Source of the DNA: a virus
Direction: 5' to 3' (one strand)
IMG/VR virus record: IMGVR_UViG_3300013094_000033
Coordinates: 11,019 to 75,018 of that record
Length of the DNA: 64,000 bases
Shown: positions 9,612 through 20,499 of the stretch, piece by piece
How the letters are laid out: every line of letters begins with the position of its first letter
How positions within the stretch are numbered: the first letter of the stretch is position 1
The notes under the pieces: model-generated
The model's input: only the letters and a program-made list of their open reading frames with translations
Database searches by the model: none
Told to the model about the DNA's origin: nothing
Made by a program: the position numbers and the translations under genes

Positions 9612-9981
9612 GAACAAAACGTTGTTTGGGATTTTTTCTCAGATAGTCTTCAACTTGATCTTTAAGACTTTTGTGATTGATACCGGGCTTGGCAAACATA
9701 ATCAACATCCATAGTTGATCACCAGGCTTGGTATTATATTCTTTAATTAAATTATTACGCTCTTCAGCAGTCCAACTGATGTTACTGCCTACTGGACTTT
9801 CAATTCCAACTTCAGTACCTTGTGGTGTTGTTTTGTTTCCAGTCCATATACCTTCTTCGGTGATTGGTATGCCAGCTAATCTTTTTAAATCACGTAGATC
9901 AGCAGGATCCATTACTGCATCTGTTTCACCTGTTTCGCCACGAGGAACAAAATGCTCACTGGTTACACGATATTGTTTCAT
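9583..9981 (-). CDS. Hypothetical protein, putative internal head protein
   Basis: Contains DLKRLAGIPITE; coupled to the upstream gene by an ATGA overlap. Confidence 0.5.
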   Translation of the reverse strand: MKQYRVTSEHFVPRGETGETDAVMDPADLRDLKRLAGIPITEEGIWTGNKTTPQGTEVGIESPVGSNISWTAEERNNLIKEYNTKPGDQLWMLIMFAKPGINHKSLKDQVEDYLRKNPKQRFVPKLMPGQDE

Positions 9982-10391
9982 TTTTTCTTAATGAGTTGTA
10001 TATCGCCAACTACTCTATGTGGGCTAACTCTATGCACCGCTGAATGCTCTGTGCTATTGTTGTCGGTCATGTCTAACTGACTGAGTGGATCTCCGCCACG
10101 TGGGGGCAATCCAATTTGCTCTAATGCAAAATCAATCATATCGCCTTCTACATCAGTATATGTGGTCATTATAGGATCACCACTGAAGGCACCAGTTTCT
10201 GGAGTCTTAATTTCAGGAGCACCAGCTAATGCTATTCCAAAACGATATTGTTGATAAAAACTACCATTGGATTTGTTCATGCTCAATGCTGGTAAGGATT
10301 TAAGTCCTTTTATTCCAGCAAACTGGTCAGGGCTTAATGCTTTGCCATTAGCTGATGGGACATCTTCAGTGATAATTTCGTTAATTTTCAT
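9978..10391 (-). CDS. Putative internal head protein (paralogue of 21486-22028)
   Basis: N-terminal MKINEIITE, resembling a capsid-targeting sequence. Confidence 0.55.
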   Translation of the reverse strand: MKINEIITEDVPSANGKALSPDQFAGIKGLKSLPALSMNKSNGSFYQQYRFGIALAGAPEIKTPETGAFSGDPIMTTYTDVEGDMIDFALEQIGLPPRGGDPLSQLDMTDNNSTEHSAVHRVSPHRVVGDIQLIKKK

Positions 10392-10392
10392 A

Positions 10393-10923
10393 TTACCAAA
10401 CTCTGCAAGACCAACGTCTTGTATCAGTATTAAGTTTTCTAATTCCGCTTACGTTTAATTCAAAAATTTTATCAGCATGACGTACATAAACTTTAGATTC
10501 ATTTTTCTTTTTGTTTATTGCACGCTCATTTTTGTCTGCTATTTTTTGCATCTTTTTAACATGCGGCATATCTTGTATTTCGCCGTTAGGGCTATCAATT
10601 GAAGTGCCGTAATTCTTTACACTCTTACCCTCGGACTGATCGGTGTGTTCATCACTAAGTGGTTTAGGATTAATGTATGTAGGAAATATTTTCATTCCTT
10701 CTTCTTCATCAGGAGAAACAAACATACCTTCAGTTATGTTATAACGCTGTAATGCTTCTAGTAATGCACTATCACCTTCGATTACTATACCATCTTCAGC
10801 TAACTCAATAACACGAGACTGTAATTTAGTTATTTCTTTAATAACAATATCAAAGCGATCGCCAACCACTGGATTGTGGCTAGCGTATTCTGCTTCAGCT
10901 AAGTAGTCGTTAAATGATTTCAT
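10393..10923 (-). CDS. Putative internal head protein
   Basis: N-terminal MKSFNDYLAE, similar to the T4 internal-protein targeting sequence MKTYxEFIAE. Confidence 0.55.
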   Translation of the reverse strand: MKSFNDYLAEAEYASHNPVVGDRFDIVIKEITKLQSRVIELAEDGIVIEGDSALLEALQRYNITEGMFVSPDEEEGMKIFPTYINPKPLSDEHTDQSEGKSVKNYGTSIDSPNGEIQDMPHVKKMQKIADKNERAINKKKNESKVYVRHADKIFELNVSGIRKLNTDTRRWSCRVW

Positions 10924-12827
10924 TTTACTGATTTTTTAATACTTTCGTACTCGGCTTCCATGTACGATTCTAATGTAGGAATCTGCTTAACTGGTTTAGC
11001 AGGACGATCAGGTTGTGGTTTCATCTTATTGTCGCCAAGACCGTCGTAATTGTCCTTTTCGCCAAAATCGCCTTCGCCTGGATTCATAGTAGAACCCTTC
11101 ATTGATTGATACTTAGGTGTTGGTTTATTAACTGGATCAGCACCTGCGTCTTCAACATCTGTGCTACCATATGTAGCTGTAGTTTTTGCAAGAGCTTCTT
11201 CTAACTTGGAAGAATCTAAACCAGCAATCTTCATCATTTGTATTAGTTCGTTAGCTTCTTTAACTGCGATTTCTTTGCCACCAACAGTTACAGTTTCACC
11301 AGGTTGTACGCCATCCTTTTTGGCATCACGTACTGCCTTACCAAATGCGTTGCCTTCCATTTCTGGCTCTTCATCTAGTTCGCTAGTATCCGTATACTCT
11401 TTGCCATCTAAATCAAACTTTTCACCTTTTGGTGTATCTTTTAATTTAGCTGTAAATGCATTGCCTTCTTCCATACCCTCAACTACGTCAAGCCCGGCTA
11501 AACGTGCTAGTTCGTTTAGTTCCTGATCTTCAAATGTATTAGATGGCTCTTCGCCGCCAGTAAAGAATCCTTTTAGGCCTTTACCAATATCGCCAACATC
11601 TTTCTTAAACACATCTAAACGACCTTGTTTTTCTTTACCAAGCTCTAGTGTAGGCCATACTGCCATATCGCCATTGTTTAAATGTACGAAACATTTGTTA
11701 CCTTCGCAACGATCAACAATACCTTGTTGTCCACGATGGAATACTACATCACCTTGATTAAAACCCATATCGACCTGTTGCCATGGATCTGCGGCTTGCG
11801 TAGCAGCTTCGTCGGCTAATTGTTTCTTGCTGTGATTATGTACTTTTAAGAAAGCATTTAGTTTATCACTGCATTCACCTGTTTGTTTGTAGTGATCCAT
11901 GTCTGCATGTAACTCATTTAACATTTCTTCTAGAGTCATGTCGTGATCACGCATCATTTCAGCAAAGTTTACGCTTTCAACGATACGACCTAATTTCTTT
12001 TCAAGTATGCTTAGACTTTCGCCCATAGTGTGTACTGTTCCTTTTTTGCCTTTTGGTGGCTCACCGGGAACACGACCAAATGGGTCATTAAATTTCTTAC
12101 CAAATGTTGGTAAATTTGCTGCAGACTTTTCACTGTCGGCTTTCTTTGGACGTCCTTTAACACCTTTGTTGATAACACGCTTAGGTGCTTCGTCGCCGGT
12201 AAAGTCAGGATCATTGTAGTAACTACGTCCATAGCGATCTGGACCTTTGGTTACATTGTATGAATGCTCTGTACAATTGCCTTCGGCACACATAGCGCAT
12301 TCTTCCATATAGTCCATTTTGTCATTGAAGTTTTTTACATCAGCATCTCTGTGCTTTTTAATCATGTCTAAACGTTTCTGTGCGTCTACATCACCGGCAT
12401 CGGCTTTCTTTTTAAGTTCAGCATGATAGTGTGCTTTTGAGTCTCTAGCCTGTTGAGCATCAACATTATTTGGATTATATGCTTCTTCGATATCAGTTTC
12501 TTCTAACTTACCTTGCTTGGCTAATTTAGCACGAACAGCACCTGCCACACGGTCTCCAGCTTCTTTGCTACCATAACGCTTGGCAGCGTCTTTGCTAATT
12601 TTAGCAAAATTCTTACCTGGCTTGCCTTCGTCACGTTCAAACATCTGTTGAAGTTTAGTTTCAACTGGATCAATGTTACGCAATCCAGATAGAATACTAC
12701 CTTGTGATTCAACGCTTTCACGTATCATTTGTGCTTTGTCTTTAATAACTTCAGCAGGTGTTGGTTGCAATGCATCTAGCTTACCTAGAATGTTGTAAAT
12801 GTTATCGTGTGGGTGATTTTGTGCCAT
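10920..12827 (-). CDS. Large acidic/charged putative prohead-core or internal protein
   Basis: 635 aa with many xxE sites, two RLAGL/KIAGL motifs and a duplicated EGNAF..GE...GKE segment. Confidence 0.55.
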   Translation of the reverse strand: MAQNHPHDNIYNILGKLDALQPTPAEVIKDKAQMIRESVESQGSILSGLRNIDPVETKLQQMFERDEGKPGKNFAKISKDAAKRYGSKEAGDRVAGAVRAKLAKQGKLEETDIEEAYNPNNVDAQQARDSKAHYHAELKKKADAGDVDAQKRLDMIKKHRDADVKNFNDKMDYMEECAMCAEGNCTEHSYNVTKGPDRYGRSYYNDPDFTGDEAPKRVINKGVKGRPKKADSEKSAANLPTFGKKFNDPFGRVPGEPPKGKKGTVHTMGESLSILEKKLGRIVESVNFAEMMRDHDMTLEEMLNELHADMDHYKQTGECSDKLNAFLKVHNHSKKQLADEAATQAADPWQQVDMGFNQGDVVFHRGQQGIVDRCEGNKCFVHLNNGDMAVWPTLELGKEKQGRLDVFKKDVGDIGKGLKGFFTGGEEPSNTFEDQELNELARLAGLDVVEGMEEGNAFTAKLKDTPKGEKFDLDGKEYTDTSELDEEPEMEGNAFGKAVRDAKKDGVQPGETVTVGGKEIAVKEANELIQMMKIAGLDSSKLEEALAKTTATYGSTDVEDAGADPVNKPTPKYQSMKGSTMNPGEGDFGEKDNYDGLGDNKMKPQPDRPAKPVKQIPTLESYMEAEYESIKKSVK

Positions 12828-12834
12828 TTTATTC

Positions 12835-13449
12835 TTATCCTCTAGGTTTGCGATATATTTTATTTTGATTACTACCTACAGGATCTACATTTCCTTGTGG
12901 TAAATCATTTGTAGTTTTGCCGTATGATGGATCTTTAGCTCCGCCAATTGTAGTATCGTTACCAGCAATTTCAAACTTACGACTTTCTAATTCTTTTAAT
13001 AGGCTACCAATGCGACTTTGTCCAACCATTGCAGGGGCTTCTTTGCTACCGCCTAAGTCTTCTACATCCAATAAAGCACCAGTATGATCTTTGCCTGCGG
13101 CTTCTGCTTCATCTGTATAATTAGCTTCATGTAAATTACGTACAGCAATCCAGTCTGGATTTAAATGAGCACGTTCTTTTAAACACTGGCGAATAGCAAC
13201 TGTAGTTGTTGGGTATGTTACTTTAACATCAAATGTCCAGCACTCACAAGCACCGCCCCATTGAGGGAATTCTCTATGTTCTTGTATTGGTAAACTTTTA
13301 ATTGCACTAATACTTTCCAATTGATAAGTTTCAAGAGCAGACTTGATTTTATTAATTGTTTCTGTAGTAGGCTTAGTACCTGCTAATTTAATACGAAACT
13401 CACTTGGCTTGCTAAGTTCGTATATGTACTGTTGGAATGGTTTCATCAT
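12835..13449 (-). CDS. Hypothetical protein, putative head-associated
   Basis: N-terminal MKPFQQYIYE (capsid-targeting-like); TAAATA promoter and AGGA SD upstream. Confidence 0.5.
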   Translation of the reverse strand: MMKPFQQYIYELSKPSEFRIKLAGTKPTTETINKIKSALETYQLESISAIKSLPIQEHREFPQWGGACECWTFDVKVTYPTTTVAIRQCLKERAHLNPDWIAVRNLHEANYTDEAEAAGKDHTGALLDVEDLGGSKEAPAMVGQSRIGSLLKELESRKFEIAGNDTTIGGAKDPSYGKTTNDLPQGNVDPVGSNQNKIYRKPRG

Positions 13450-13484
13450 TATATTCCTATATTGTTATATTTAGTCAAAAAGTC

Positions 13485-13976
13485 TTATTTGTCTTGCTTG
13501 TTGGCTAAGATCTGCTTTAGTAGATCGTTACGATCCAGAACTATACCTTGTCCATCCAATGGTATGTCCTCAACTTTGGTATCTTTTTTAATCTGATGGT
13601 CTAGTTTAGCTTTTTGTAACTGCAAGTTAATCATACGCAACTTTTTATCCATTTTTGCTGTCTTAGCAGTTATAGCATGTCCTAGCATAGTACTAGCTGT
13701 TTGTAATATAACACCAGCAAATCTTGGATCACTGTTCATTCCCAAATCAATCATGTCTTCAGCACGTTGTTTAGCCATGTTAGCCAATTCGTCTAGCTCT
13801 GCATCACCGGCTTCTAAGTCTTTTACCAATGGCAATGCCGCGTCAATTTTACCAATGGCCGAATCAACTTCAGCGATTACATCACGATTTTCTTGGATAA
13901 AATCCTGTGCGCTCTGAGCTGTGGGCTCATCAGGAATAGGTGGTAGATTTAATAGTTCTTCGAGTTTTTTAGTCAT
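13485..13976 (-). CDS. Probable terminase small subunit (gp16-like)
   Basis: 163-aa helical/coiled-coil protein with C-terminal DRNDLLKQI; lies next to gp4 and upstream of the large terminase. Confidence 0.55.
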   Translation of the reverse strand: MTKKLEELLNLPPIPDEPTAQSAQDFIQENRDVIAEVDSAIGKIDAALPLVKDLEAGDAELDELANMAKQRAEDMIDLGMNSDPRFAGVILQTASTMLGHAITAKTAKMDKKLRMINLQLQKAKLDHQIKKDTKVEDIPLDGQGIVLDRNDLLKQILANKQDK

Positions 13977-13984
13977 ACCAATAT

Positions 13985-14419
13985 TTATTTGGCACGACCC
14001 TGGTGGAACAAATCATTTTCAGTAATAATTCTAAACTTAACATTATTTGCCTTGCACCAAGCTCCTGCAGCTTGCCATTTTGCCATGTTTAGTATAGCGG
14101 CCGCTTTGTCCCTGGTACTACGTGCATTTTCTAATGTAGTTTCCTTACTGGGTTTGATTTCCCATAATTCGCCATGTTGGCTTCCATTTGCATCTACAAA
14201 CGTAACAAAAAAATCTGGTACATATATTGTATTTTTACCTGTAAATGGATTACGGTAGTTAATATGTATTGCTTCGTTTGCCCAATTGAGTATTGCAGGA
14301 TTGTTATCGCACATTACCATAACAGAGTGTTCCCAACTGCTACGATAGTGCGGTGCTTTTTTACCTACATATTTTTCTGGATTTTTTAATTGGAAGAATC
14401 CGTTTGCGTATTTGCTCAT
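13985..14419 (-). CDS. gp4: Head completion nuclease, T4 gp4-like (TnsA-like PD-(D/E)xK)
   Basis: KNPEKYVG, YRSSWE, WANE, YVPDFFV, EIKP, NMAKWQAA..C and FRIITENDLF. Confidence 0.88.
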   Translation of the reverse strand: MSKYANGFFQLKNPEKYVGKKAPHYRSSWEHSVMVMCDNNPAILNWANEAIHINYRNPFTGKNTIYVPDFFVTFVDANGSQHGELWEIKPSKETTLENARSTRDKAAAILNMAKWQAAGAWCKANNVKFRIITENDLFHQGRAK

Positions 14420-14811
14420 GCTACTATTGTTCTTGCAACTACTGGATTAGTGCTTAATCCAGTCTTAACACCTATTAGGCTTGTAGGTATACGATTAATA
14501 TTTAAAAATGCAATTAAATAATTACTCAAATCGCCAGCAGGCAATTTTTTAAAATCTGCAAGTACTTGCATGGGATTTAATTGTTGCGCGGTTGCTGTGT
14601 ATAGAACTGCCGCGGCTAAATTATCTGCGGCCTGTTTGTTTGATGTGTACTCTTCAAAAAATGCTACCAATGCATCATTTGCAGGTCCTGTGCTCATATT
14701 AACAGAATACAAATTATTAAAATAAATGTTGGTATTTGATGTTCCTGGGGCCGCATTTACGTTTGGACCTTGTAAATTGGTTGCTGTTGAAACTTGGTTA
14801 TTAATTGCCAT
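14416..14811 (-). CDS. Hypothetical virion-module protein
   Basis: 131-aa ORF tightly packed between the gp48/54-like gene and gp4. Confidence 0.6.
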   Translation of the reverse strand: MAINNQVSTATNLQGPNVNAAPGTSNTNIYFNNLYSVNMSTGPANDALVAFFEEYTSNKQAADNLAAAVLYTATAQQLNPMQVLADFKKLPAGDLSNYLIAFLNINRIPTSLIGVKTGLSTNPVVARTIVA

Positions 14812-14812
14812 A

Positions 14813-16312
14813 TTATGGTCCTAATGAAAAATCTTGTCCGGTTATTGCATCTTTAATTGAGTTTAAAGCTGATGATGCAACATTTTGTATTTCGCCGGTT
14901 AATGTAGTGCCATATCCAGCGCCAGCAAATACTGATCCAGCGGCACTATTTAAATAACTTAATCCTTCACTGACTTCACTGGCAACAAAACTACCGGCAG
15001 ATTTTAATAATGGGGTTAGTAACGTTTGTGCTTGTTGTGATGCATAACTTGTTGCAACGCCAACTGCTAGATTCTCAGCTGTGGTAACTAACAGTTTAGG
15101 ATTACTAATTGCAGCCGCCGCCAATGCAACTGTGCCAGCACCTACACTAGATTTTAACCCGCCTACTACAGAATTTGTAAATGTACTAGTTAATTGTCCG
15201 GCAGTTGATGCAATAGCAGTTGATGTCTGGTTTAATAATCCGCTAGTTGTGATCCCACCATTGTTTAAACTTCCAAGATTAGGGATACTAAATCCGCCAC
15301 CATTGGTACCACCATTTGCAACAGAAAAAGTAGTTGCAGCATTCATAGCGGCCGCACCAGTATTCACAATAGGAATACTGTTGTTTTGTATTAGTGTGCC
15401 AAATGTTGTGTTGTTAAGATTAACTCCAGCTAAATCAACTTGTTTATTTGGTGCATGAGTATAACCGCCAATGCCATTATCTATTAGATCTGTGCCTTCT
15501 AATGGGGATATTGGACTGGGTTGATTATCGTAGTGGAGATCAATATATCCGCCAGCAGTACTGGTTGTTGTATATCCAGTGTAATACTTTACAGTTTCAA
15601 ATTGAAGACTCATTGAGTGTTGTAATAGTCCACCTTCATTACCTTGTTGATGCTCGCCGTGTTCAAATCTAGTGATGATTGGATTAATTAATTCATACTC
15701 GCTGAAATTCTTTTGATAAAGACTATAAATTCTTATTGCCTGTATGTATTGATAAGGCTGGTTACCATTGGCATTATTATATCCTACACGTGCTTGTGGG
15801 CTATATCCCCAATCAAAACTAGGACGGTCTTGATACTTGTGTGGTGCAGTATATGTAGCATCAGCATAATCAGGATCTCGGTAATAAAAACTATAATAGT
15901 CATACCAGAAATTTCTTATTACATCAGATTGATCGTCATGAAAAGTTATAGTAACTGGATCATACTTGATTGAATTTTGTACGTAATTTTTTCTATTGTA
16001 CGCATTGTGTTCTTTTACCTGCACTGAAAATTTTGGTAAACTAACTGTTTTAACAACCATGCCCATTTCTTGTTGACTGTTAGGCGAACCATTTGCACCA
16101 GTTGATGTGGGGCCGTTTAAATTTGTAATTAAAGGATTTAAATCAAATTCAACATAAAATAGAAAACCGTATTTTGGACTTAATCTATAATCAGCATCAG
16201 TAAAGATTCTTGCGGCATGCTGATAGTCACGCAATGTAACTGCGCCAGTATTACCGTTATCCATTGGGGCTCCCCAATTACCGGCTGGTTGCAGAAATTT
16301 ATTAATACTCAT
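14813..16312 (-). CDS. Baseplate/tail-tube initiator-like protein (gp48/gp54-like) with low-complexity C-terminus
   Basis: VKTVSLPKF..YNRK..YDPVTITFHDD..WY resembles the tube-fold signature of the adjacent gp19; follows the tube gene. Confidence 0.6.
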   Translation of the reverse strand: MSINKFLQPAGNWGAPMDNGNTGAVTLRDYQHAARIFTDADYRLSPKYGFLFYVEFDLNPLITNLNGPTSTGANGSPNSQQEMGMVVKTVSLPKFSVQVKEHNAYNRKNYVQNSIKYDPVTITFHDDQSDVIRNFWYDYYSFYYRDPDYADATYTAPHKYQDRPSFDWGYSPQARVGYNNANGNQPYQYIQAIRIYSLYQKNFSEYELINPIITRFEHGEHQQGNEGGLLQHSMSLQFETVKYYTGYTTTSTAGGYIDLHYDNQPSPISPLEGTDLIDNGIGGYTHAPNKQVDLAGVNLNNTTFGTLIQNNSIPIVNTGAAAMNAATTFSVANGGTNGGGFSIPNLGSLNNGGITTSGLLNQTSTAIASTAGQLTSTFTNSVVGGLKSSVGAGTVALAAAAISNPKLLVTTAENLAVGVATSYASQQAQTLLTPLLKSAGSFVASEVSEGLSYLNSAAGSVFAGAGYGTTLTGEIQNVASSALNSIKDAITGQDFSLGP

Positions 16313-16329
16313 ATTATTATTTAGCCCAT

Positions 16330-16360
16330 AAAAAAACCCGGATTTTTATGTCCGGGTTTT
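16330..16360 (-). terminator. Rho-independent terminator after the tail tube gene
   Basis: AAAACCCGGA/TCCGGGTTTT stem followed by a T-run on the minus strand. Confidence 0.8.
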
Positions 16361-16375
16361 AAGCATCGTTAACTT

Positions 16376-17008
16376 TTAGTTTACTGTACTACCAGCAGTC
16401 TGTGATTGTACTGTTGTACCAACACCAACACCACCTGCACTACTTTGATTAATTGTTTGAACAGCATTGTCAAACTTAATCTCGCACATGATAATAACAG
16501 GATCACTGCTGTTATAAGCCATTTCGCCGTAATCAACATTACTCAGGAAACAACCCTCTAGGTCCCATTGCTCAAGAATAGTAGGAGTAGTTTGACCATT
16601 GCCACCATCAAGAATATCAAATGTCATTGAGAATTTATAATCAATACCACTTGGTGCACTTGACTGCTCCATAAAGTCAAATTGCTTCTGAATTTGTTCG
16701 CCGACTAGTTGGCTAACTTGTCCAGATGCATCGTCGCGGAAGTTAATTGTTGTTGGTTGCCACTCAGGCTTACCTTGTAAGAATACCTTGCTGTTGTAAA
16801 CATCAATTGTGATTGGATTGAAGTTTACGCTTGGACGCTTAATATCCTGTACTTGTTTTGATAACGATGTAGTGTCCTTTGTTATACCAAAGTTAATAAA
16901 GTTCGCTCTAAAACGATACTTTAGTTTTGGCATTAACAAGCCTTGAGTACTGCTACTCTGACTTGTTAATTGAGGAACTGTAAATTTATTTAACGATGCG
17001 ACTGCCAT
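16376..17008 (-). CDS. gp19: Tail tube protein, gp19-like
   Basis: PKLKYRFR, GKPEWQPTTINFRDD, WDLEGCFLSNVDYGEMAY..IKFDNA; directly follows the sheath gene. Confidence 0.85.
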   Translation of the reverse strand: MAVASLNKFTVPQLTSQSSSTQGLLMPKLKYRFRANFINFGITKDTTSLSKQVQDIKRPSVNFNPITIDVYNSKVFLQGKPEWQPTTINFRDDASGQVSQLVGEQIQKQFDFMEQSSAPSGIDYKFSMTFDILDGGNGQTTPTILEQWDLEGCFLSNVDYGEMAYNSSDPVIIMCEIKFDNAVQTINQSSAGGVGVGTTVQSQTAGSTVN

Positions 17009-17036
17009 ATTGTTCTCCTATTACTATTATTTATCA

Positions 17037-20000
17037 TTAAGTTGATGCTATTTGTAAGGCAGAAATATCGCCTGGATTATACAACGCAATAGGAATGTAA
17101 ATAAATTCTACATCACGCATTGGCTCAATCGCTACATCTACATACAACTGCTGGTTAGCGATTGTAGTTGATGTATTGTTACTTGTGTCGCAAATTACTA
17201 AGAAGTCGTATACGCCTCTCTTAGCTAATACATCATTTAATGCGCCTTCAATTTGTCTTGCAATACTTGTTCTTGTAATATTGTCATTAGGTTCAAACAA
17301 ATATCCATTTGATATTGATTTGAAAATTGTTCTTAGATAATTCTCTAAACGAACAACGTTAATGCTATCACGTGAACTTGTATCAGCTGAACGTGTTTGT
17401 TGTCCCCAAATTACAATGCCTGTACCAGGTAATTGTGTTAATGGATTAATTTTTAATGGGTATAACGCATCGCGCAACCCTTGATTAATACCATTATGTA
17501 CAAACGAACCGCTATTAGCGTCAACGTAACCGATGTTGTTTAAGTTGCTTACTAAACCACGGTTAACACCAGCTGGGGCAAACCAAGGATAACTGATTTG
17601 ATCGCTGTACAAGAATGTACGCAATGCAGCATGACTTGCTGGAACTACTACTGTGTTACCTGCTAAATCATTTGTTAAACCAGCTGGATAATATAAACCA
17701 GTGTAAGGATCTGTTGCAGCTACTGCTGGCAATCCTGTACCATCTGTGTTGTTAACCCAGTTTGTAATGTCAACTGTGTTTGGTGCTAATGTTATTGGTG
17801 TATCACCAATAACAAAACCAGTGTTACTGCGATTATTGTTTAAGTTAATCAAGTTGCTAGTAATTTCTGGGTATCCAGGGCATACTAATAAATTGAAGTT
17901 ATAAATGTCTTCAATAATATCAGTGTTACTATCAACTGCACTTGCCAATGCAGCAACAACAATTGCTCGTTGTGCAGCACTACCAGCATACATTACACCA
18001 TTGCTGTTTAATCCGCTAGCAGATTGCCATGTGCTGGTCACAGCAGGCAATGAACCGCTTGAGCCGGGAATCAATCCAGGAGTTGGATATGCTGTTGCAT
18101 TAAACTTGTTGTACACAAATTGCTTAACATTATAACCACTGCGACGTGTGTTAAACAATAATGTACCACGTGGATACAATCTGTAATCTGGAGCATCTTG
18201 ATCAATATAATTACTAGATAACATTTCTGTTACAGGAATTAAACTTCCGCTGATAACATCAGTTGTTCCGTCTACGTCCCAACGAGCATCAGCAAAAATA
18301 ATACCATTGCTTGATGTATGATCGGCTGTGTTAATTGACACCCATGTGCTACCATTGTAACGGCTTAGTGCTGGGTAATCAACTAAATTAGAAATGTCTA
18401 ACCACAAATCACCAGCTACCAAGTTAGCACCTGTTGATTGTGCAACAGGAGCAGTACCTGCACTGATAATAACACCATTGGAGTCTGTATTAGAAAGATT
18501 ATAACCGCGTACATCGCTGGTTACATTTTGATAACCTTTCCAACCATTGTTGTTAATCATAATATCAATATCAGCAGGATTGCTATAGTACCAATATGTT
18601 CCGCTAGCAGGAGCAGTATAAGGCTCGCTTGATTGATATGTAATTGTAGAAGTTATGTCTGACCAGTTATTAATAACAATCTTATTAAGATAGGTATTAA
18701 CTACGAACCCTGTTCCTTTACCTGATACAAATTGTGCAGCAGTTAGTGGAGTTCCACTTGCCGGTGCTAGTGTAATTTGTCCGCCAGCAGTATGAATAAT
18801 ACTGATACTACCATATGTACCGTCAGTTGAATTAAATGCTGCAGATACATAAGGAATGTTTGCCGCTAACACGTCAGTAACAAATGACTGAGCTGTTGTT
18901 CCACTTAATGTAATTGTTGTTGTAGTAACAGCTGAAGTTCCAGGAGTTGAAGAAAATATATTAAAAGTATTGCTTGCTGTAAATGGAGTAGCTGATTGTA
19001 GTTGTCCGCCTGTACCAACTGCAACATTTGCGGGCTTTTGTACATAGAATTTCAAACCATTGGCGGTAGTATCGTATATATCAAAATCCGCAAATGTTTG
19101 ACCATGGGAGATATTAATACCACCACCAGTTGGATCTAAACCGTATACAGCATAGTTAAAGTTCTGGAACATTGGGGTGTTCAATGTAGACCATTGCATT
19201 ACATTAGCATTGTAATTTTCTAATACTGGGCTAAATCCTGTACCAGTAGCAGATGTTTTCCACCAAATACTACCACTTGGACGTGGTTGAGTATCGGTTG
19301 CAAACCAACCACCTGCTGGTGCCTGTGCATAGTTTCCGTAGAACAAATATGGGCAGTAGCAAGTATTCAAAGAAATAGCTGCAATTGCTGATAATGGAGT
19401 GTTAGTTCCATCAGTTAATAGTAACTTACCATCAGCAGGGGCACCAGAGCCACCACTCTTAGCTGCACTAGTAACAAATAATGTTAAGCGTCCATTGTAT
19501 GTTGATGCTTTAACACCAGTGATACTTGCACCGTTAATTGCTGTTGCAATAGAACCAATATTTAATGTTTCAGTGCTTGGCATTGTAACAGTAACACCGT
19601 TGATAATAAAAGTTGCACTATTCAATGATGAAGCTTGTCCACTTGAAATAGATGATGCAATACCAGTTGCAACTGGTATAGAATTTTGCCAATTTGTGCC
19701 GCCAACTTGTACCCAAGTGTTAGGACCAGGGCCGCCGGCACCTGTTGGTAATGCTGAAGCTGTAGTTTTGTAGAACAAACGTATTACAGATGCGTCTAAA
19801 CCATTTGTGTCAACAAATACTAATGCATATTGACCAGGAGATCCTACCGAATTTAATGGAGTAGGAACATTGTAAGCGTATGTGTTATCGTCGAATACGT
19901 GTGTTTTATCTGTAATTAACAATGGTGACACATGATCAAAACCGCTGATTGAATTATCAAGAGCATAAATTCCCCACTCTGTTGATTCTGTGTTTAACCA

Positions 20001-20399
20001 ATATGTGTTATTAGCTGGAGCACCTTGTGGTCTAGCTGAAGTGCCAATTAATTGATTTAAATCAATATCTGCACGAATTGCATACAACTGATTGCTTACG
20101 CCTAGTGCGCTGTATGCAGCTAATAAGCCATATTCATTTAATTCGCTAGCATTAACTGGTGTACCAGATGCGCTTACTTGGAATGTTGGTGTACCAAGTG
20201 CAGTAACTAGTTCGCGTTGGCTACCAAAAGACTGCAACATTCCTGCGTTAGTTTTGCTTGTGCCAGTGGCAGAAGCACCGTTATATGTTTTATCTTGTGC
20301 TGTCGCTAAAACAACTAGTGGGATCGAGCCAACATTGCTGTTAATGTACTGACTTTGATCGTTAATGGAAATCGAAATTCCTGGGGATACTAGTGCCAT
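17037..20399 (-). CDS. gp18: Tail sheath protein, gp18-like, enlarged by insertion domains
   Basis: MALVSPGISI start; PWFAPAG..RG, INP, IWGQQT, INVVRL, FEPND and VEFIYI motifs; 1120 aa. Confidence 0.93.
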   Translation of the reverse strand: MALVSPGISISINDQSQYINSNVGSIPLVVLATAQDKTYNGASATGTSKTNAGMLQSFGSQRELVTALGTPTFQVSASGTPVNASELNEYGLLAAYSALGVSNQLYAIRADIDLNQLIGTSARPQGAPANNTYWLNTESTEWGIYALDNSISGFDHVSPLLITDKTHVFDDNTYAYNVPTPLNSVGSPGQYALVFVDTNGLDASVIRLFYKTTASALPTGAGGPGPNTWVQVGGTNWQNSIPVATGIASSISSGQASSLNSATFIINGVTVTMPSTETLNIGSIATAINGASITGVKASTYNGRLTLFVTSAAKSGGSGAPADGKLLLTDGTNTPLSAIAAISLNTCYCPYLFYGNYAQAPAGGWFATDTQPRPSGSIWWKTSATGTGFSPVLENYNANVMQWSTLNTPMFQNFNYAVYGLDPTGGGINISHGQTFADFDIYDTTANGLKFYVQKPANVAVGTGGQLQSATPFTASNTFNIFSSTPGTSAVTTTTITLSGTTAQSFVTDVLAANIPYVSAAFNSTDGTYGSISIIHTAGGQITLAPASGTPLTAAQFVSGKGTGFVVNTYLNKIVINNWSDITSTITYQSSEPYTAPASGTYWYYSNPADIDIMINNNGWKGYQNVTSDVRGYNLSNTDSNGVIISAGTAPVAQSTGANLVAGDLWLDISNLVDYPALSRYNGSTWVSINTADHTSSNGIIFADARWDVDGTTDVISGSLIPVTEMLSSNYIDQDAPDYRLYPRGTLLFNTRRSGYNVKQFVYNKFNATAYPTPGLIPGSSGSLPAVTSTWQSASGLNSNGVMYAGSAAQRAIVVAALASAVDSNTDIIEDIYNFNLLVCPGYPEITSNLINLNNNRSNTGFVIGDTPITLAPNTVDITNWVNNTDGTGLPAVAATDPYTGLYYPAGLTNDLAGNTVVVPASHAALRTFLYSDQISYPWFAPAGVNRGLVSNLNNIGYVDANSGSFVHNGINQGLRDALYPLKINPLTQLPGTGIVIWGQQTRSADTSSRDSINVVRLENYLRTIFKSISNGYLFEPNDNITRTSIARQIEGALNDVLAKRGVYDFLVICDTSNNTSTTIANQQLYVDVAIEPMRDVEFIYIPIALYNPGDISALQIAST

Positions 20400-20429
20400 G
20401 GTTATCTTCCTTTATATACATGTTAAAGT

Positions 20430-20437
20430 TATTTATA
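20430..20437 (-). promoter_or_regulatory. T4-type late promoter for sheath/tube
   Basis: Exact TATAAATA upstream of SD AAGGA and the ATG. Confidence 0.7.
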
Positions 20438-20499
20438 ATAAAGGTTGAAATTCTGGTAGTTACAATGCCCTTAATTAAGGTCTACAAATAAATATCATT